Source of the DNA: Podarcis liolepis
Taxonomy: Eukaryota
Strand: one strand, 5' to 3'
NCBI GenBank assembly: GCA_965112155.1
Contig: OZ218103.1
DNA length: 64,000 nucleotides
Numbering within the stretch: position 1 is the stretch's first letter; every line of letters starts with the position of its first letter. The position numbers were made by a program, and so were the translations under genes. Shown piece by piece: positions 1 to 12,044 of the stretch. A model generated the notes under the pieces. That model was not told the origin of the DNA. It worked only from the letters and a program-made list of their open reading frames with translations, and did no database searches.

Positions 1-1866
1 AGGAGTCTGGAGCTCTGGTTCAGCTGTGGCAGCTCTGGGCAGGTGTAAGAACTGGGAAGGAAGGTCCTTTAGGACACGGATCCTCAGCTTGGCAGGCCTG
101 GGCGGTGTTCGTGCGAACACTTTTCTTTGCAGCTGAAAGGCTGGACCGTCTGCCTCGAAGGTCTCTATCCCCATGTCTGCCAGTGGAAAGCATTTCCGTC
201 TAGCAGTCCAGAGGAGATTGGACTCTGGTTTCCTCCATCCACCCGGCTAGCTAGGAACAGTGTGGAGCCCAGCATGCATATGTGATATCTGACTGCTGTC
301 TGTCAAAACTGCCCCTGGGAACGAGGTGCTATGGATGCTGTGCAAGCTAAAAGTGGCCTGTAGCTTTTTCCATATCATTATGTCTGTCTCACACACAATT
401 CCTCAGTATACTCTTCCAGTATATTATCTGTCCTAGCATAGCAGTACAGGCTTAATCCAGGCAGTCTTGTGGGAGCTCCCACAAGAGTTATTGCTTGACT
501 TGTGCAAATGTACCTTCAGATAGAGGCATGGTGTTTTGTGCTACCTGGAATATGCTCTCAACTTTTTGTTTGTCATTGAGAATGTCAATCCAGAGTTGAG
601 AAAATGCCTTCATGCTATTCCTAAGTGCTGTTTAGTGGAAAGGGCTATTTTTGCTTTGTATTCCTACCTGGTTTAGGATTTTCAAAAATCATCTACCTGC
701 AGCCTCAGTGGTTGTAATTGTTAGTAATCATTGCTGTTAGTGGAGCTGTAACTGTGAACTCTTCAGTTATGCATGGGCAGATACAGCCAGAATTCTCGGC
801 TTAGATTTCCTGTGGGAAGTCCTTCTGGGCTGAACATTGCGTTCTCCCTAGTTTTGTGTTGCATGGCTCTGAACTTAAACCTGAATGGAGTATGAGGCAA
901 AAGCTCCAAAGACATCAGAGCTTTTCTTGGGAGAATGGGCATTTTCCTTTTGATGGCTGAACTGAAGCAGAATTAAACTTGTGAATAAAGTTTATTTCCT
1001 TAAACTCACATTTGAAACCTTTTGTGAAACCTTTTGTACAGCCCAGCCTTTCAATGACTAGCAGAAACATTTTGGTGCTAGTTGGAAGATCAAACTTCAT
1101 GCTTAGCAGGTGCCCAAGGACCACGCCTATAACATTCCAGTTTGCTCCACCTGAATATAATGCAAAACCATTAGTTCCACCTTAGAAAGTAAAATTTGAG
1201 AAACTAGAGATGTTATTCCTTTTGGCTTTGGCAAATTCTAAGTTACAAAATAATCACAAGTGTGTTAATAAAAATATACATACATATTTTGCTGTGCCCA
1301 TGAACTCCAGCAGGAAGCATTCCTGTCCTCCAAAATCAACTGTCAGAAAAGGGATATGGTTACCTATTCCAGACACACATCATCTCTGATAATGTTTCTG
1401 TAATTTGTGTGGAGTTGGTGGTTGGGGTACCTATCAGGACTGTTTCTGTGACCTTGTACTTTTGATGATCCAAACATGGATGGAGAACTGCATATATGAG
1501 GTTGGCAGAGGGAGGACGACCTCAGGTGGCAGATGCTGGGGGGATGGTGTCAGCAGCCCTCCAGTTGGACCCTTTTGTTGGAGGACAGAGCTGTAGGTGC
1601 CACATGAACTTAACTACACCTTCTAAACTAACCTGCTATCCTCAGCTGTGGTGGATGATGCTGTCCTGTCCCTATCCAATCTGTTCAGTTTCTGTACATA
1701 AAATGAGGCTGGGGCAGGGGCCTTGTCCTTAAGGTATCTTGGGCCAGCCCTAGACACACGCTCCCCCTGATCTGAGATCTCAGATTATGGAAAAGACATC
1801 CAAACCTACCTCATGAGTGTTCCCCCATTAAAAAGAGCTGTGAAGGGGTTGGCATCAATGCTGTAC

Positions 1867-2002
1867 CAGGCATGGCCAAACTTGGCCCTCCAGATGTTTT
1901 TGGACTACAATTCCCACCATTCCTGACCACTGGTCCTGTTAGCTAGGGATGATGGGAGTTGCAGTCCGAAAACATCTGGCGGGCCAAGTTTGGCCATGCC
2001 TG
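1867..2002. mobile_element. Palindromic hAT-type MITE
   Basis: perfect 22-bp TIR CAGGCATGGCCAAACTTGGCCC and a largely self-complementary interior; same family as 13348; no clear TSD. Confidence 0.8.
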
Positions 2003-4063
2003 CGTAAATGTTGTTTATCCAGATATAGTTATGCCATTGGTATACACTATTACAGCCAGTTTGCTTATGTGGCTGTATTTAGTACTGCATTGTATTGTAT
2101 TTAGTTGTATATGTGTGGCCTCAATATCCCATTGAAGTATAATATGCTATGTTGTTGGTTCGAGTGGTTTAGAAGAACACTGCAGGGAAAGAAGTTCTCA
2201 AATTTCTGGTTGCAAATAGTTGCTCTTTAAAGTTGCTTTAACTTTAAGCCTGTATTTAACTCCAATGTTGTCATTTATGCTACTTATATGGGTCTCAAGT
2301 TTGATTGAAATATTGCTTAGATAAATATAGAATGTGCAGCTAATGTCTGAGACTCATAAATCAGAAAAGACCGTTAAATATTGGTTGATCTGGACATAAA
2401 TTAATGTTTTCAGCTACTGTTTATTCAAATCTTGTCCAATATGTAATGTTAATAGTGGAGTTCCTGTGACACACTTTCCTTATCAATGTTTTTAAATGTA
2501 ACAGAAAGGAGGTTTAATTGGATCGGTGAATTTCTTTGTCCTCATCTATTCCCAGAACCTTGTCTGTTTATTTAAGAAGGTGTACATAAGGTACCTTTTA
2601 AAGTTTAAACATAGTTTATTTATATGCCACTTTCCCGCTGTAAACATATGCCCAAAATGGTCTGCAATTTGAAAACAGTTTATTAGAAAACATATCAGGA
2701 AAACTAAAAGCAGTTAATTAACCTGATAAGTTAGTGTTGCAGTAGAATAGTCTAGACTTAATTTTGATATTGCCCTGTATATATGTATTTACAGGCTAGT
2801 AATAATAGGACTAACCAGTGCTAGTAGTTATAGTCTTGCTGCCCTCCCAAGGGGCCACAGCATCCTGGCTTAAATACGATTCGGAGTGGGTGGGGCTATG
2901 TTCCCCCCACCCCCACCAAATGGTTCAAAGTCAGCTTGGCCACCTCTCCTCCAGAGGAGGCTGGCATCAGTAAAAGGGACTTACTGGGAGAGTATCAGTG
3001 ATGTAACCCCTCTTGCCAAGCCTTCCAGGTGTTCCAGCTGCTAGCATTGCTCCTACTGTGATCCTTGTGACTATTGTGTCACCTAATTTGTGTCGATTGG
3101 CATCAGGATGGATTATTGCCCATACATTGTTAGCCTGCCCAGAGGATCGGTGATGACTACAGCTAGGATGTCGGATTGGTGGTATGGGTGGCCCTTTCTT
3201 TATTTTCAAAAGGTTCATTTTGTCCATGTTCAGGGAATGGCCGTTTTGTGGGTGCAATGCTCTGTAGTAGGCAAGAGTTTTTGTTTCTGACTCCTTTGAA
3301 CTCTGCTTTTATGAATTTAAATGAGTGAAAACTAGTGCTCAAATTATATTTTGCCTTTCATAAAATAAACAAGCCAAGACTTACGGGTGCAGGCCACTTA
3401 AACTGCCAAGGGTGTAATTGAGAAGATTTGTTTAGCCAATGGGCTAAGGCACACTTTTTATATTACAGCAGTTAGAATGCTAATAGTATAGTTCTGCAGC
3501 TTTACCATAGTACAGCTTGAGTTTCTACATACAGACTGAGGAGAGAGGGTACTATCTTAGTCACTATAAGTCTACAGCAGAGTACTACAATACCCCCCAC
3601 CCCCATTAAAAGAGAGTTCCTGGGTTGCTATGGATGCCACAAAGCTCCCTCATGGCTGCTTGTGATAGATTCAATAAGAATATGTTCTTGCATTTCTTTC
3701 TATCTCCTCTCTCCATCTTCCTAACAGCTGGTCAAAGAAAGTAGAAGGTCAAGCATATTTTGCTCTTCCACCCATACCAAATATAGGATTGTTTCCTTCC
3801 ATTGTACTGTCATATTCTAGCACTCCTATATAATCCGTTAAAATGCTTCAAGCTGTGGCCTATTCCCCCGCCTCAAAGCTTTTACCACCACAGTGCTAAA
3901 ATCTCCCCTTGAGTCTTTGTACATTCATATCATGAATAACTCCTTATTCAGATATTTACAAGTGGCTCGTAGATCTTCTTAGTTGCATCAATATTAATCA
4001 ATCCCTCTATGCAAATTTGTGTTTCATTGTTTGCTTTTTTAAAAAACCAACCTTACCATCGTC

Positions 4064-4214
4064 AGCCTGGATAGCTCAGTTGGTTAGAGCATGGTGCTGA
4101 TAAAGCCAAGGTTGCAAGTTTGATCTCTGTATGGGACAGCTGCATATCCCTCCATTGCAGGGGGTTGGACTAGATGATCCTCAGGGTCTCTTCCATCTCT
4201 ACAACTCTGTGATT
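4064..4214 (+). mobile_element. tRNA(Ile-like)-derived SINE with CR1-type 3' tail
   Basis: head TAGCTCAGTTGGTTAGAGCATGGTGCTGATAA, then CR1-like tail GGGTTGGACTAGATGATCCTCAGGGTCTCTTCCA...CTGTGATT. Confidence 0.75.
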
Positions 4215-4222
4215 AGGACACA

Positions 4223-4325
4223 GGGTTGTGTTTTACTGTCTTACTCAGAGCAGACCCATTGAAGTTAATAAACCTAAGTTAGTCATGGCCATTAATTTAA
4301 GTACATCTAGTGTTGAATACTAATC
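4223..4325. repeat. Degenerate short palindromic squamate repeat (related copy at ~20025-20106)
   Basis: tactcagagcagacccattgaagttaat ... attaatttaagt imperfect hairpin. Confidence 0.4.
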
Positions 4326-5032
4326 ACAGCTTTAAAAAAAGTTAATAGCATGTAATAAAAGAAAACAAAGAGAGGTTAGGAGTTAGAAAAGAGAGATTAA
4401 TGTTCAAAAACAGCTTTAAGTTTTAGTCACTCCTTGGATTTCCACCCCCCCAAAAAAAATCGTGCCACTCATGTAGGTAGCAGACTGAGGCAAGTGGAGT
4501 CATGTACTCCCACTCTACAGAATCCCTTCCAGTGACAACATATTAACAAGTATAAAAAAGTGTTACTCTTCCTCTCTGCCCACTTCTTTTTTGTGCTTCT
4601 CAGCAATCAGTATTTCTGCTTCTCAGCTTCATTGCTCATTGCAGCTCCCTCTAGTACGTTCCTTATGCTTACATATACACATTGGACTGACACTTTCTGC
4701 AGTGATGGGGTTTTTTCTGCTTTACAATTGTATACTGTCAATTTTGTAAATATACTTTTGGGTTTCAGAATCTTAGGTGAAGAATTTTAGCAGCAAGATT
4801 GCTATAGGCACAAAGATGGAAAGATACAGCCCTACCTACTATAAATGAATGGTTGATAAAATTATTGGACTTAATTGAGATGGCAAAATTAATGTGTTTA
4901 ATTAGAGAAAAATCATTATTGACATTTATTAAGGATTGGAAACTTTTTATGGACTTTTTGCATGCAAGAGAAAATAAACTTATAATATCTGGATCTGAAG
5001 ATTGAAAAAATTACCTAATAGAAAATAGACTA

Positions 5033-6018
5033 GGTAAAGGGACTTCTGACCATTAAGTCCAGTCATGGACGACTTTGGGGTTGTGGCATTGATCTTGCTT
5101 TACTGGCCGAGGGAGCCGGCATTTGTCCGCAGACAGCTTCCGGGTCATGTGGCCAGCATGACTAAGCCGCTTCTGGCGAACCAGAGCAGCACACAGAAAC
5201 GCCATTTACCTTCCCGCCGGAGCAGTACCTATTTATCTACTTGCACTTCATAGAATCATAGAGTTGGAAGAGACCACAAGGGCCATCGAGTCCAACCCCC
5301 TGCCAAGCAGGAAACACCATCAGAGCACTCCTGACATATGGTTGTCAAGCCTCTGCTTAAAGACCTCCAAAGGAGGAGACTCCACCACACTCCTTGGCAG
5401 CAAATTCCACTGTCAAACAGGTCTTACTGTCAGGAAGTTCTTCCTAATGTTTAGGTGGAATCTTCTTTCTTGTAGTTTGGATCCATTGCTCCGTGTCCGC
5501 TTCTCTGGAGCAGCAGAAAACAACCTTTCTCCCTCCTCTATGTGACATCCTTTTATATATTTGAACATGGCTATCATATCACCCCTTTACCTCCTCTTCT
5601 CCAGGCTAAACATGCCCAGCTCCCTTAGCCGTTCCTCATAAGGCATCGTTTCCAGGCCTTTGACCGTTTTGGTTGCCCTCCTCTGGACACGTTCCAGTTT
5701 GTCAGTGTCCTTCTTGAACTGTGTTGCCCAGAACTGGACACAGTACTCCAGGTGAGGTCTGACCAGAGCAGAATACAGTGGCACTATTACTTCCCTTGAT
5801 CTAGATGCTATACTCCTATTGATGCAGCCCAGAATTGCATTGGCTTTTTTAGCTGCCGCGTCACACTGTTGGCTCATGTCAAGTTTGTGGTCAACCAAGA
5901 CTCCTAGATCCTTTTCACATGTACTGCTCGACATGCAGGAGCGGGGATTCAAACCACCAACCTTCTGATCAGCAAGCCCTGGGCTCTGTGGTTTAGACCA
6001 CAGCGCCACCTGTGTCCC
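5033..6018 (-). mobile_element. Sauria SINE (Squam1/POM-type), split by a CR1 insert
   Basis: minus strand begins GGGACACAGGTGGCGCTGTGG and ends CCCTTTACC; TSD ATAGAAAATAGACTA at 5018-5032 and 6019-6033. Confidence 0.9.
5248..5929 (-). mobile_element. CR1 LINE 3' fragment (ORF2 C-terminal region + 3' UTR)
   Basis: minus-strand translation [12 protein letters not shown]...[13 protein letters not shown]...[17 protein letters not shown]; tail reads tcatagaatcatag on + (ATTCTATG-type). Confidence 0.93.
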
Positions 6019-6907
6019 ATAGAAAATAGACTACTTTAGTGTTATTGAGTGAATACTATATTTGTCTGCAGGACAGAGAAGTAGAAGTCTTTTTCATTTT
6101 ATTTTCTTTCTCTCTTTTCTTTCTCTTTGCCCCTTTTCTTCTTTTTTCTTCTGTTCCTTTTAAGATTAGATTTTTAAAGCATTTCATTTATTATGGTGTA
6201 TCATAAAAAGTTACTTTGTATTGGGTATGAACTTTTGTATATAATGGACAAGTATCAATAAAAAAGATATTAATAAAAAAAGAATTTTATATGCTGGTTA
6301 ATTTACCCTAAATGGTATTCCTCTAGTGCTATATGTGCACTACAACTGCAACAGAAAACTCAAACTATTTTTCTTATTTTTCTTAAACGAACAATAAGAA
6401 ATTAGAAAATGTACAGTTTGTTGTGCTGATTAATCAGGAATCAGAATGTGACAATGCATATTTGTGTATTTCCCTGTTCCTTCCTATTTTTCTAGCATAT
6501 GTTCCATACACGATTTGTCAAAATCCCAATTCTGCAGAAATATTGCAGTTTGAATAAATTGCATGTATTTATTTTGCATAAATTTGCAGAATTCAAGCTC
6601 TGATGTCTTCTCCATGTTAATACATAACATGGATATATTTTGTATAACAGAGTCCACTTAACAGAAGAATCTCCTTCCTTTTTCCTTCCCTGCATGAATG
6701 GATATGAAAAATCATCTTTTTTTTTTCAAATCTACATATGCCATCTTGAAAAACATAGATTTCCTCTTAACATGCAATCAATCAACTTCTCCAGTTTTCA
6801 TTGGTTTTTGACCAATAGCTTATTTATATCTTGACTAGAAGCAATATTCTCAGCCAAATTGCTTGGGAAAAGATTTGCCCCCTGCCTCAGTTTGGCCAAA
6901 CCCTATA

Positions 6908-7109
6908 CAGTGGTACCTCGGGTTAAGAACTTAATTCGTTCTTAACCTGAAACTGTTCTTAACCTGAGGTATCACTTTAGCTAATGGGGCCTCCTGCTGC
7001 CGTCGCGCAATTTCTGTTCTCATCCTGAAGCAAAGTTCTTAACCTGAGGTACTATTTCTGGGTTGGCAGAGTCTATAACCTGAAGCGTCTGTAACTGGAG
7101 GTACCACTG
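6908..7109 (+). mobile_element. Tc1/mariner (Tigger/pogo-like) MITE, family A
   Basis: TA|CAGTGGTACCTC ... GAGGTACCACTG|TA; strand given relative to the other copies. Confidence 0.88.
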
Positions 7110-7357
7110 TATGCCCATTGTTTCCCAATCCTACATTGCCTTTCAATTATATATCTAAGAAGTAGCTGTGCTAGTGTTGCCCATGAGATTGTTGCTCACC
7201 CCTGCAGACCCACATTGATTTCTGACCATTCGTTTTCACTTTTGTTATGCATAGAAATTGTTGCTCAGAACGTCTTGCGGTGTGTATGGGTCTCTAGTTT
7301 TCCTGGTCTTCTCAGCACATTTTTGTGTGTGTGTGTTCAACATTGTTTGGTTCTAAG

Positions 7358-7524
7358 CAGTGCTTTCCCCCCCTTAAAAACTGTTTAGGGGTACTCTCAT
7401 TTTGACTCAAGAAAAATCACCATTTTATAGTTCAAATTGGGAAAAATAAATACAGTGAATGGACAAAAGTACAGAGATTCACAAAATGTTTAGGGGTATG
7501 TGTCCCCCCAGAAAAAAAGCATTG
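7358..7524. mobile_element. hAT-type MITE
   Basis: TIR CAGTGCTTT / AAAGCATTG; partial TSD gttctaag / gttctgtg; internal repeat tgtttaggggta. Confidence 0.6.
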
Positions 7525-7621
7525 GTTCTGTGTCTTTCAGAATTGGCCAAAAGCTGCTGCTGACAGGGTTGTTCATCCTAGAAGATAGCTAGGCAACCTT
7601 TAGAAGTAGCATTGTAGAATA

Positions 7622-7831
7622 CAGTGGTACCTTGGGTTACAAACACTTCGGGTTACAAACTCCACTAACCCGGAAGTAGTACCTCAGGTTGAGAACTTTG
7701 CCCCAGGATGAGAACGGAAATTGTGCACTGGCGGCAGCGGTAGGCCCCATTAAGCACCTCTGGATAAGAATGGTTTCAGGTTAAGAACGGACCTCCAGGA
7801 CGAATTAAGTTCGTAACCCGAGGTACCACTG
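7622..7831 (-). mobile_element. Tc1/mariner MITE, family A, inverted relative to the 6908 copy
   Basis: TA|CAGTGGTACC ... GGTACCACTG; interior is the reverse complement of the 6908 copy. Confidence 0.88.
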
Positions 7832-10800
7832 CACATGGTACTTGCTTGCCGCTTAGTGCTAAAATGTTTGTAGTAATGCAAATATCTGTTAGAAAGGGAA
7901 AGACCTACTATGCTCCCCTTTCAACTTCCTGATAGCACAGCCTGACAATACGGTAGATAATCCAAGGAGTCCTACAGGTGGACAGATGTGCAGACTTAAA
8001 ATGGACTTACTAGTGCTTGAGTTGATAATAGTCATTCAACATCCCTTAATAGAAGAAAGTTTTGTCATTCAGATTCTTTAGAGCAACTCTGATGGGTTTC
8101 CCAAGAGTCTCATTATAATAAGTGCTTCAGTTGTTGATGAAATGATCAGCTCTAGAAATGCTCAAGTTTGCATATCTCCTTCTCTTTGTTGTTGTGTGTC
8201 CTCATAGCAACAATGGAGATGTGGTTATTTAGCTGGTTGTGAAGTCTGTGAAAGACATACTGGGGGATGCTGAAGGGCTGTAGATTTTGAAACAGCCTTA
8301 TTAACCCCCCCCCAATTTTGCATTATAGATTAGGTTCTAATGCTCCCTTTGGGCTTATGACAATCATTTTGGGGAGTTCCAGTTTGTGTAAACTTAGAGA
8401 TCCTTTCCTGATTTATTCTAAATATTGCTATGGTAACTGCCTCACAGTGTGTGGTTGGAACATAGCAATCTTGTTTATGCATATAGAAACTCTAGTTGTA
8501 AATTATTTGTGATCTATTCAGTAACCAAACAGGAACATGGCAACAAAAAAATAAACTACTAGGTGTTCTTGGGATCCAGTAGCTCAAAATAGTTTTGTCT
8601 GATTTGAGAGACCCCCTTACACTGGCAGTATACTTCTCAGGTGGATAATATATTGTAAGCTTTAAGAATGTCACTTTTTTCCATTCCAGGTGAGAAATGT
8701 GTGGCATAAATGACTGATGCAGATGTGTGAGCAGAAGGGCTTGTAAAATACCGTAGTTGTAGTCATAGTGGTAGTAGTGTTGCTGTTGTAGGTTAGCAAT
8801 TTTGCAGTTATTTTCAAGGCTGCTTTCATTGAATGAATTTTTAAGAAGTTATATTTCAGTTATTTGATTGAATTTTTGCTGGTGCCTCTTAAAGTGCAGA
8901 ACTTCTTCTAAAGTCATTGCATATTATGTACCAAAAGTACTAGTTTGTGTTTGAATCCATTAATTCTTGGGGACATAGCCGCCTTCAGGGCTTACCAGCA
9001 CTGAACTTGCTATCTTTGGCTGCCCTTTGTGCTGTTCCATTGTGAAGTTTCCTCAACCAGAGGCCAAGTAGTTTTAAATGTTTGTTTTAGTGAAACACTG
9101 AAAGGTTCGTCTGTAGTCTTGTAGCACAGCTTAAAAACCTTTTCCTTAGGATGTACGCAGTTCAGCATGCTACTCAAAACTGTCCCTGATGGTGACAACA
9201 TGAAAGTGATTTTGAAGGAATGACAGCACAAGGTTGACTTGTGGTCATACAACTTGCTTAAAACGTTAGCCAATCCTTTTTAAAAAAAGAATCTAGTGAG
9301 CAGCTTTTTAGAAAGGATATTTCCTGTTGACATGGTTCAAGTCTTAGAGCTCAGGAATTGCCTTTTCCTTTTCATAGTGAGCTAGTTGAACTATATTATG
9401 TGTTGTGATCGATACTGTGCCCTTGGTAACAAGCTTATTGCTGCTGCAGAATCTGTTCACTTTAGGCTTGTAACGGGGTGGGGTGGGGGTGGGAATCAAC
9501 TAGCTGGCCATGGATTGGGTATTCTAATCAAGTTGGAAGCATGGTGGTGTATGCTGAGAATCCAGGCGAGAGTGTGGGACAGGGTGCTCTATTTCTGCAT
9601 ACAGGTGGATGATCTTGAGCTAAATATCTGGTACCATTGCTCTCCTGGCACTAGAGGTGGGAGGGCTGTCATTCATAGATATCAGAACTAGAGCATGGGA
9701 GTTTGCTGTTAGAAATGGGCAGAATCAGACTTCTTGTTGAATCAGTGGGAATTCCTTCTTCACCTTCTTGCAAAATTCTTTACGTAATTTGAACCTATAT
9801 TCTGGAAGCTTTCACCTTCAGCCATTCATCCCACACACACAAGAATCCTGGTCAGAATTTTGTGCATTCTTTTCCAGCCCCACAGGGAGAGGATTAATTT
9901 GGATCCAGGCAAGCTCTAAATAAGAGGGCATTGCCAATTCTTATTAAAGTTGGATTGAATGACTGTATACATAACAAAGCATGACCTTCCTCTGTCTCGA
10001 TGAAGCTAATTCTCCTGTGTTCTCATTGCTGCAGCTGTGTGGGCTGAATATTGCATTTTGCAATTAAGCTAGGGCATTATTGAAAATACTTTATAGCCTA
10101 TATGAGACCAACCAAAAATGCATTTTAGGGATTGCCACCTTAATACAATAGAGACAGGACAACCACCTCTCATAAACAGTTTAGCACCCTTTTGAAAAGA
10201 AGTGCCAAAAATCACCAAAAGGAGGAGGGAAGCGTCTCACAGTAGTGAAAATGTTTGCAAAATCTGCCTCCATTTCAGTTCTCCTCTACTTTCAAACGTT
10301 TTGACTCTTCCATTTTTTGATTGAGCACAACTGCTTATGTCATCCAAAACCAACAAATGGTGGTTTAGAAGATCACAGAACATCCCTTCTGTCATTTTTA
10401 TTTGGATTTGTTCATGAGGCCCATAACTTTTAGTATATGCTGAAAGGGGTAAGTACCTCCAGTGTGCAGGAGTTGTGATCTTTTCAACAATAAAGGATGT
10501 TTTGCTTTGTGTTTGGTGCTCACCGAGTTTTTCTTGGACCTTGTTACCTGCTTTACAACCTGTGCCTGAATATGTAACCTTCATTAAGATCTTTGCCAAG
10601 AAACAACTTTATTTTTCCCCCATTTTAAAAGCAATTAGCTGGTTTTTATTTAAGACCTTGGGGTAATTGCTGTCCATGCATCAGTACACTTAATATTAGC
10701 ATGTTAATTTATAATGTGGCCCAAGGGTTGGATATGCTGGAAATAATGGCAGTCTGGATCCCCTCTTGACTCTTCCAGGTGCTGCCCTTGGGTAATCAAT

Positions 10801-11323
10801 TAGTATGCACCTTTATTGTGTCCAAATGTATTTTGTGTTTGGCGCAAAATGACATGGCTGCCACTGCACCTTTAGAACAACCAAACTACCTTCCTACCCA
10901 CCCACCCTGTGTCAAACACTGTCATTATCAGTGTCCCATTCCTAAACTTGTTCCTTTTTGATATTGCCCCTGCTTTTAAATGATGCTAGGCCAATAAGAG
11001 AGAGCAAAATCATTGGCATGGATGGGAAATCATGACCTCCCCTTTTTTCTTGCAAACTATCAGGTACTGCAAAATGAACTATTATTAATATTCATTTCAT
11101 TTCTATGCTTCTTTATATTGTTAAGGAAAAAACCCTCAAATGTAACCCTCAAATTGATGTGTAAACTTTACTCTCAAAAGGGAAGGGGGTTATTTGGAAC
11201 TCTGCTAAGTAAGTAGTCTGAGGAACTGAACATATAATTTCATGTTGAAACTCTGCAACTGGCACACCAAGATAGCTTAAATTCATTTGATGTTTAAGTT
11301 GACTAAGCTAGTGGTGCCATGTA

Positions 11324-11610
11324 CCAAGCGTGATGGGGTGAGCTCCCATTGCTCTGTCGCAGCTCCTGCCAACCTAGTAGTTCAAAAGCATACCAGCACG
11401 AGTAGATAACTAGATACCGCTGCGGTGGGAAGATAAAAGGGTGTTTCTACGCTCTCTGGCTTCCGTCACGCCAGAAGCAGTTTAGTCATGCTGGCCACAT
11501 AACCTGGAAAGCTGTCTGACAAACGCTGGCTCCCTGAAGTGATTTGAGTGCCACACCCCATAGTCTAAGTTTGACTGGACTTAACTGTCCAGGGGTCCTT
11601 TACCTTTACC
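11324..11610 (+). mobile_element. 5'-truncated Sauria SINE
   Basis: GGGGTGAGCTCCC...GTCATGCTGGCCACAT...CCTTTACCTTTACC; TSD TGCCATGTA at 11315-11323 and 11611-11619. Confidence 0.88.
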
Positions 11611-12044
11611 TGCCATGTAAACAAATGGGAACAACAACCAAAAAATGAACTGTCACGGATGGGAGAATACCACTGTGAATTCATTCAAGGCCTTGAAAAC
11701 TCCAGTTCTGGATCCTGCAGTCTTTCTGTTCCTAAGTGCTTCCCTTTTATAGGTAGCCTTTGGCATTTTTTTAAAAAAAGTGGGAGTTAATGAGTTGCAG
11801 AAACGATTCACCTTTGCCCAGCAGTATTTGTAAGGCTGTAATGTTCAGCTTCTGGACATGGGCAAATCAGCTTCTAAGTAGCCCTGCTAGAATTCTTGGC
11901 TGAAACTTATCAGTATTCTACCCTAATAAATTGCTGGTGTGTTAATACAGTAACAGCACTGAAAGAATAAATGCAGCAACAGGAATTACTACTCCCATAG
12001 CAACTGTGTAACTCCCCCACTAATCATTACATTATCCTCTAGCG

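Larger units (their letters stand above)
4790..6279 (+). mobile_element. 5'-truncated L1-clade LINE 3' end, interrupted by a SINE
   Basis: 4790-5005 translates AARLL*AQRWKDTALPTINEWLIKLLDLIEMAKL...WKLFMDFL (L1 ORF2 C-terminus-like); 3' UTR with AATAAA/A-tail at 6257-6279; TSD AAGAATTTTA at 4780-4789 and 6280-6289. Confidence 0.75.

Noticed and set aside
4064-4137. tRNA-Ile-like gene
   Set aside because: The acceptor and T stems are degraded and it runs directly into a CR1-type tail, so it is a SINE head.
5587-6009. 140-aa ORF as a host protein
   Set aside because: GTG-started SINE/CR1 chimera ending in a premature stop of CR1 ORF2.
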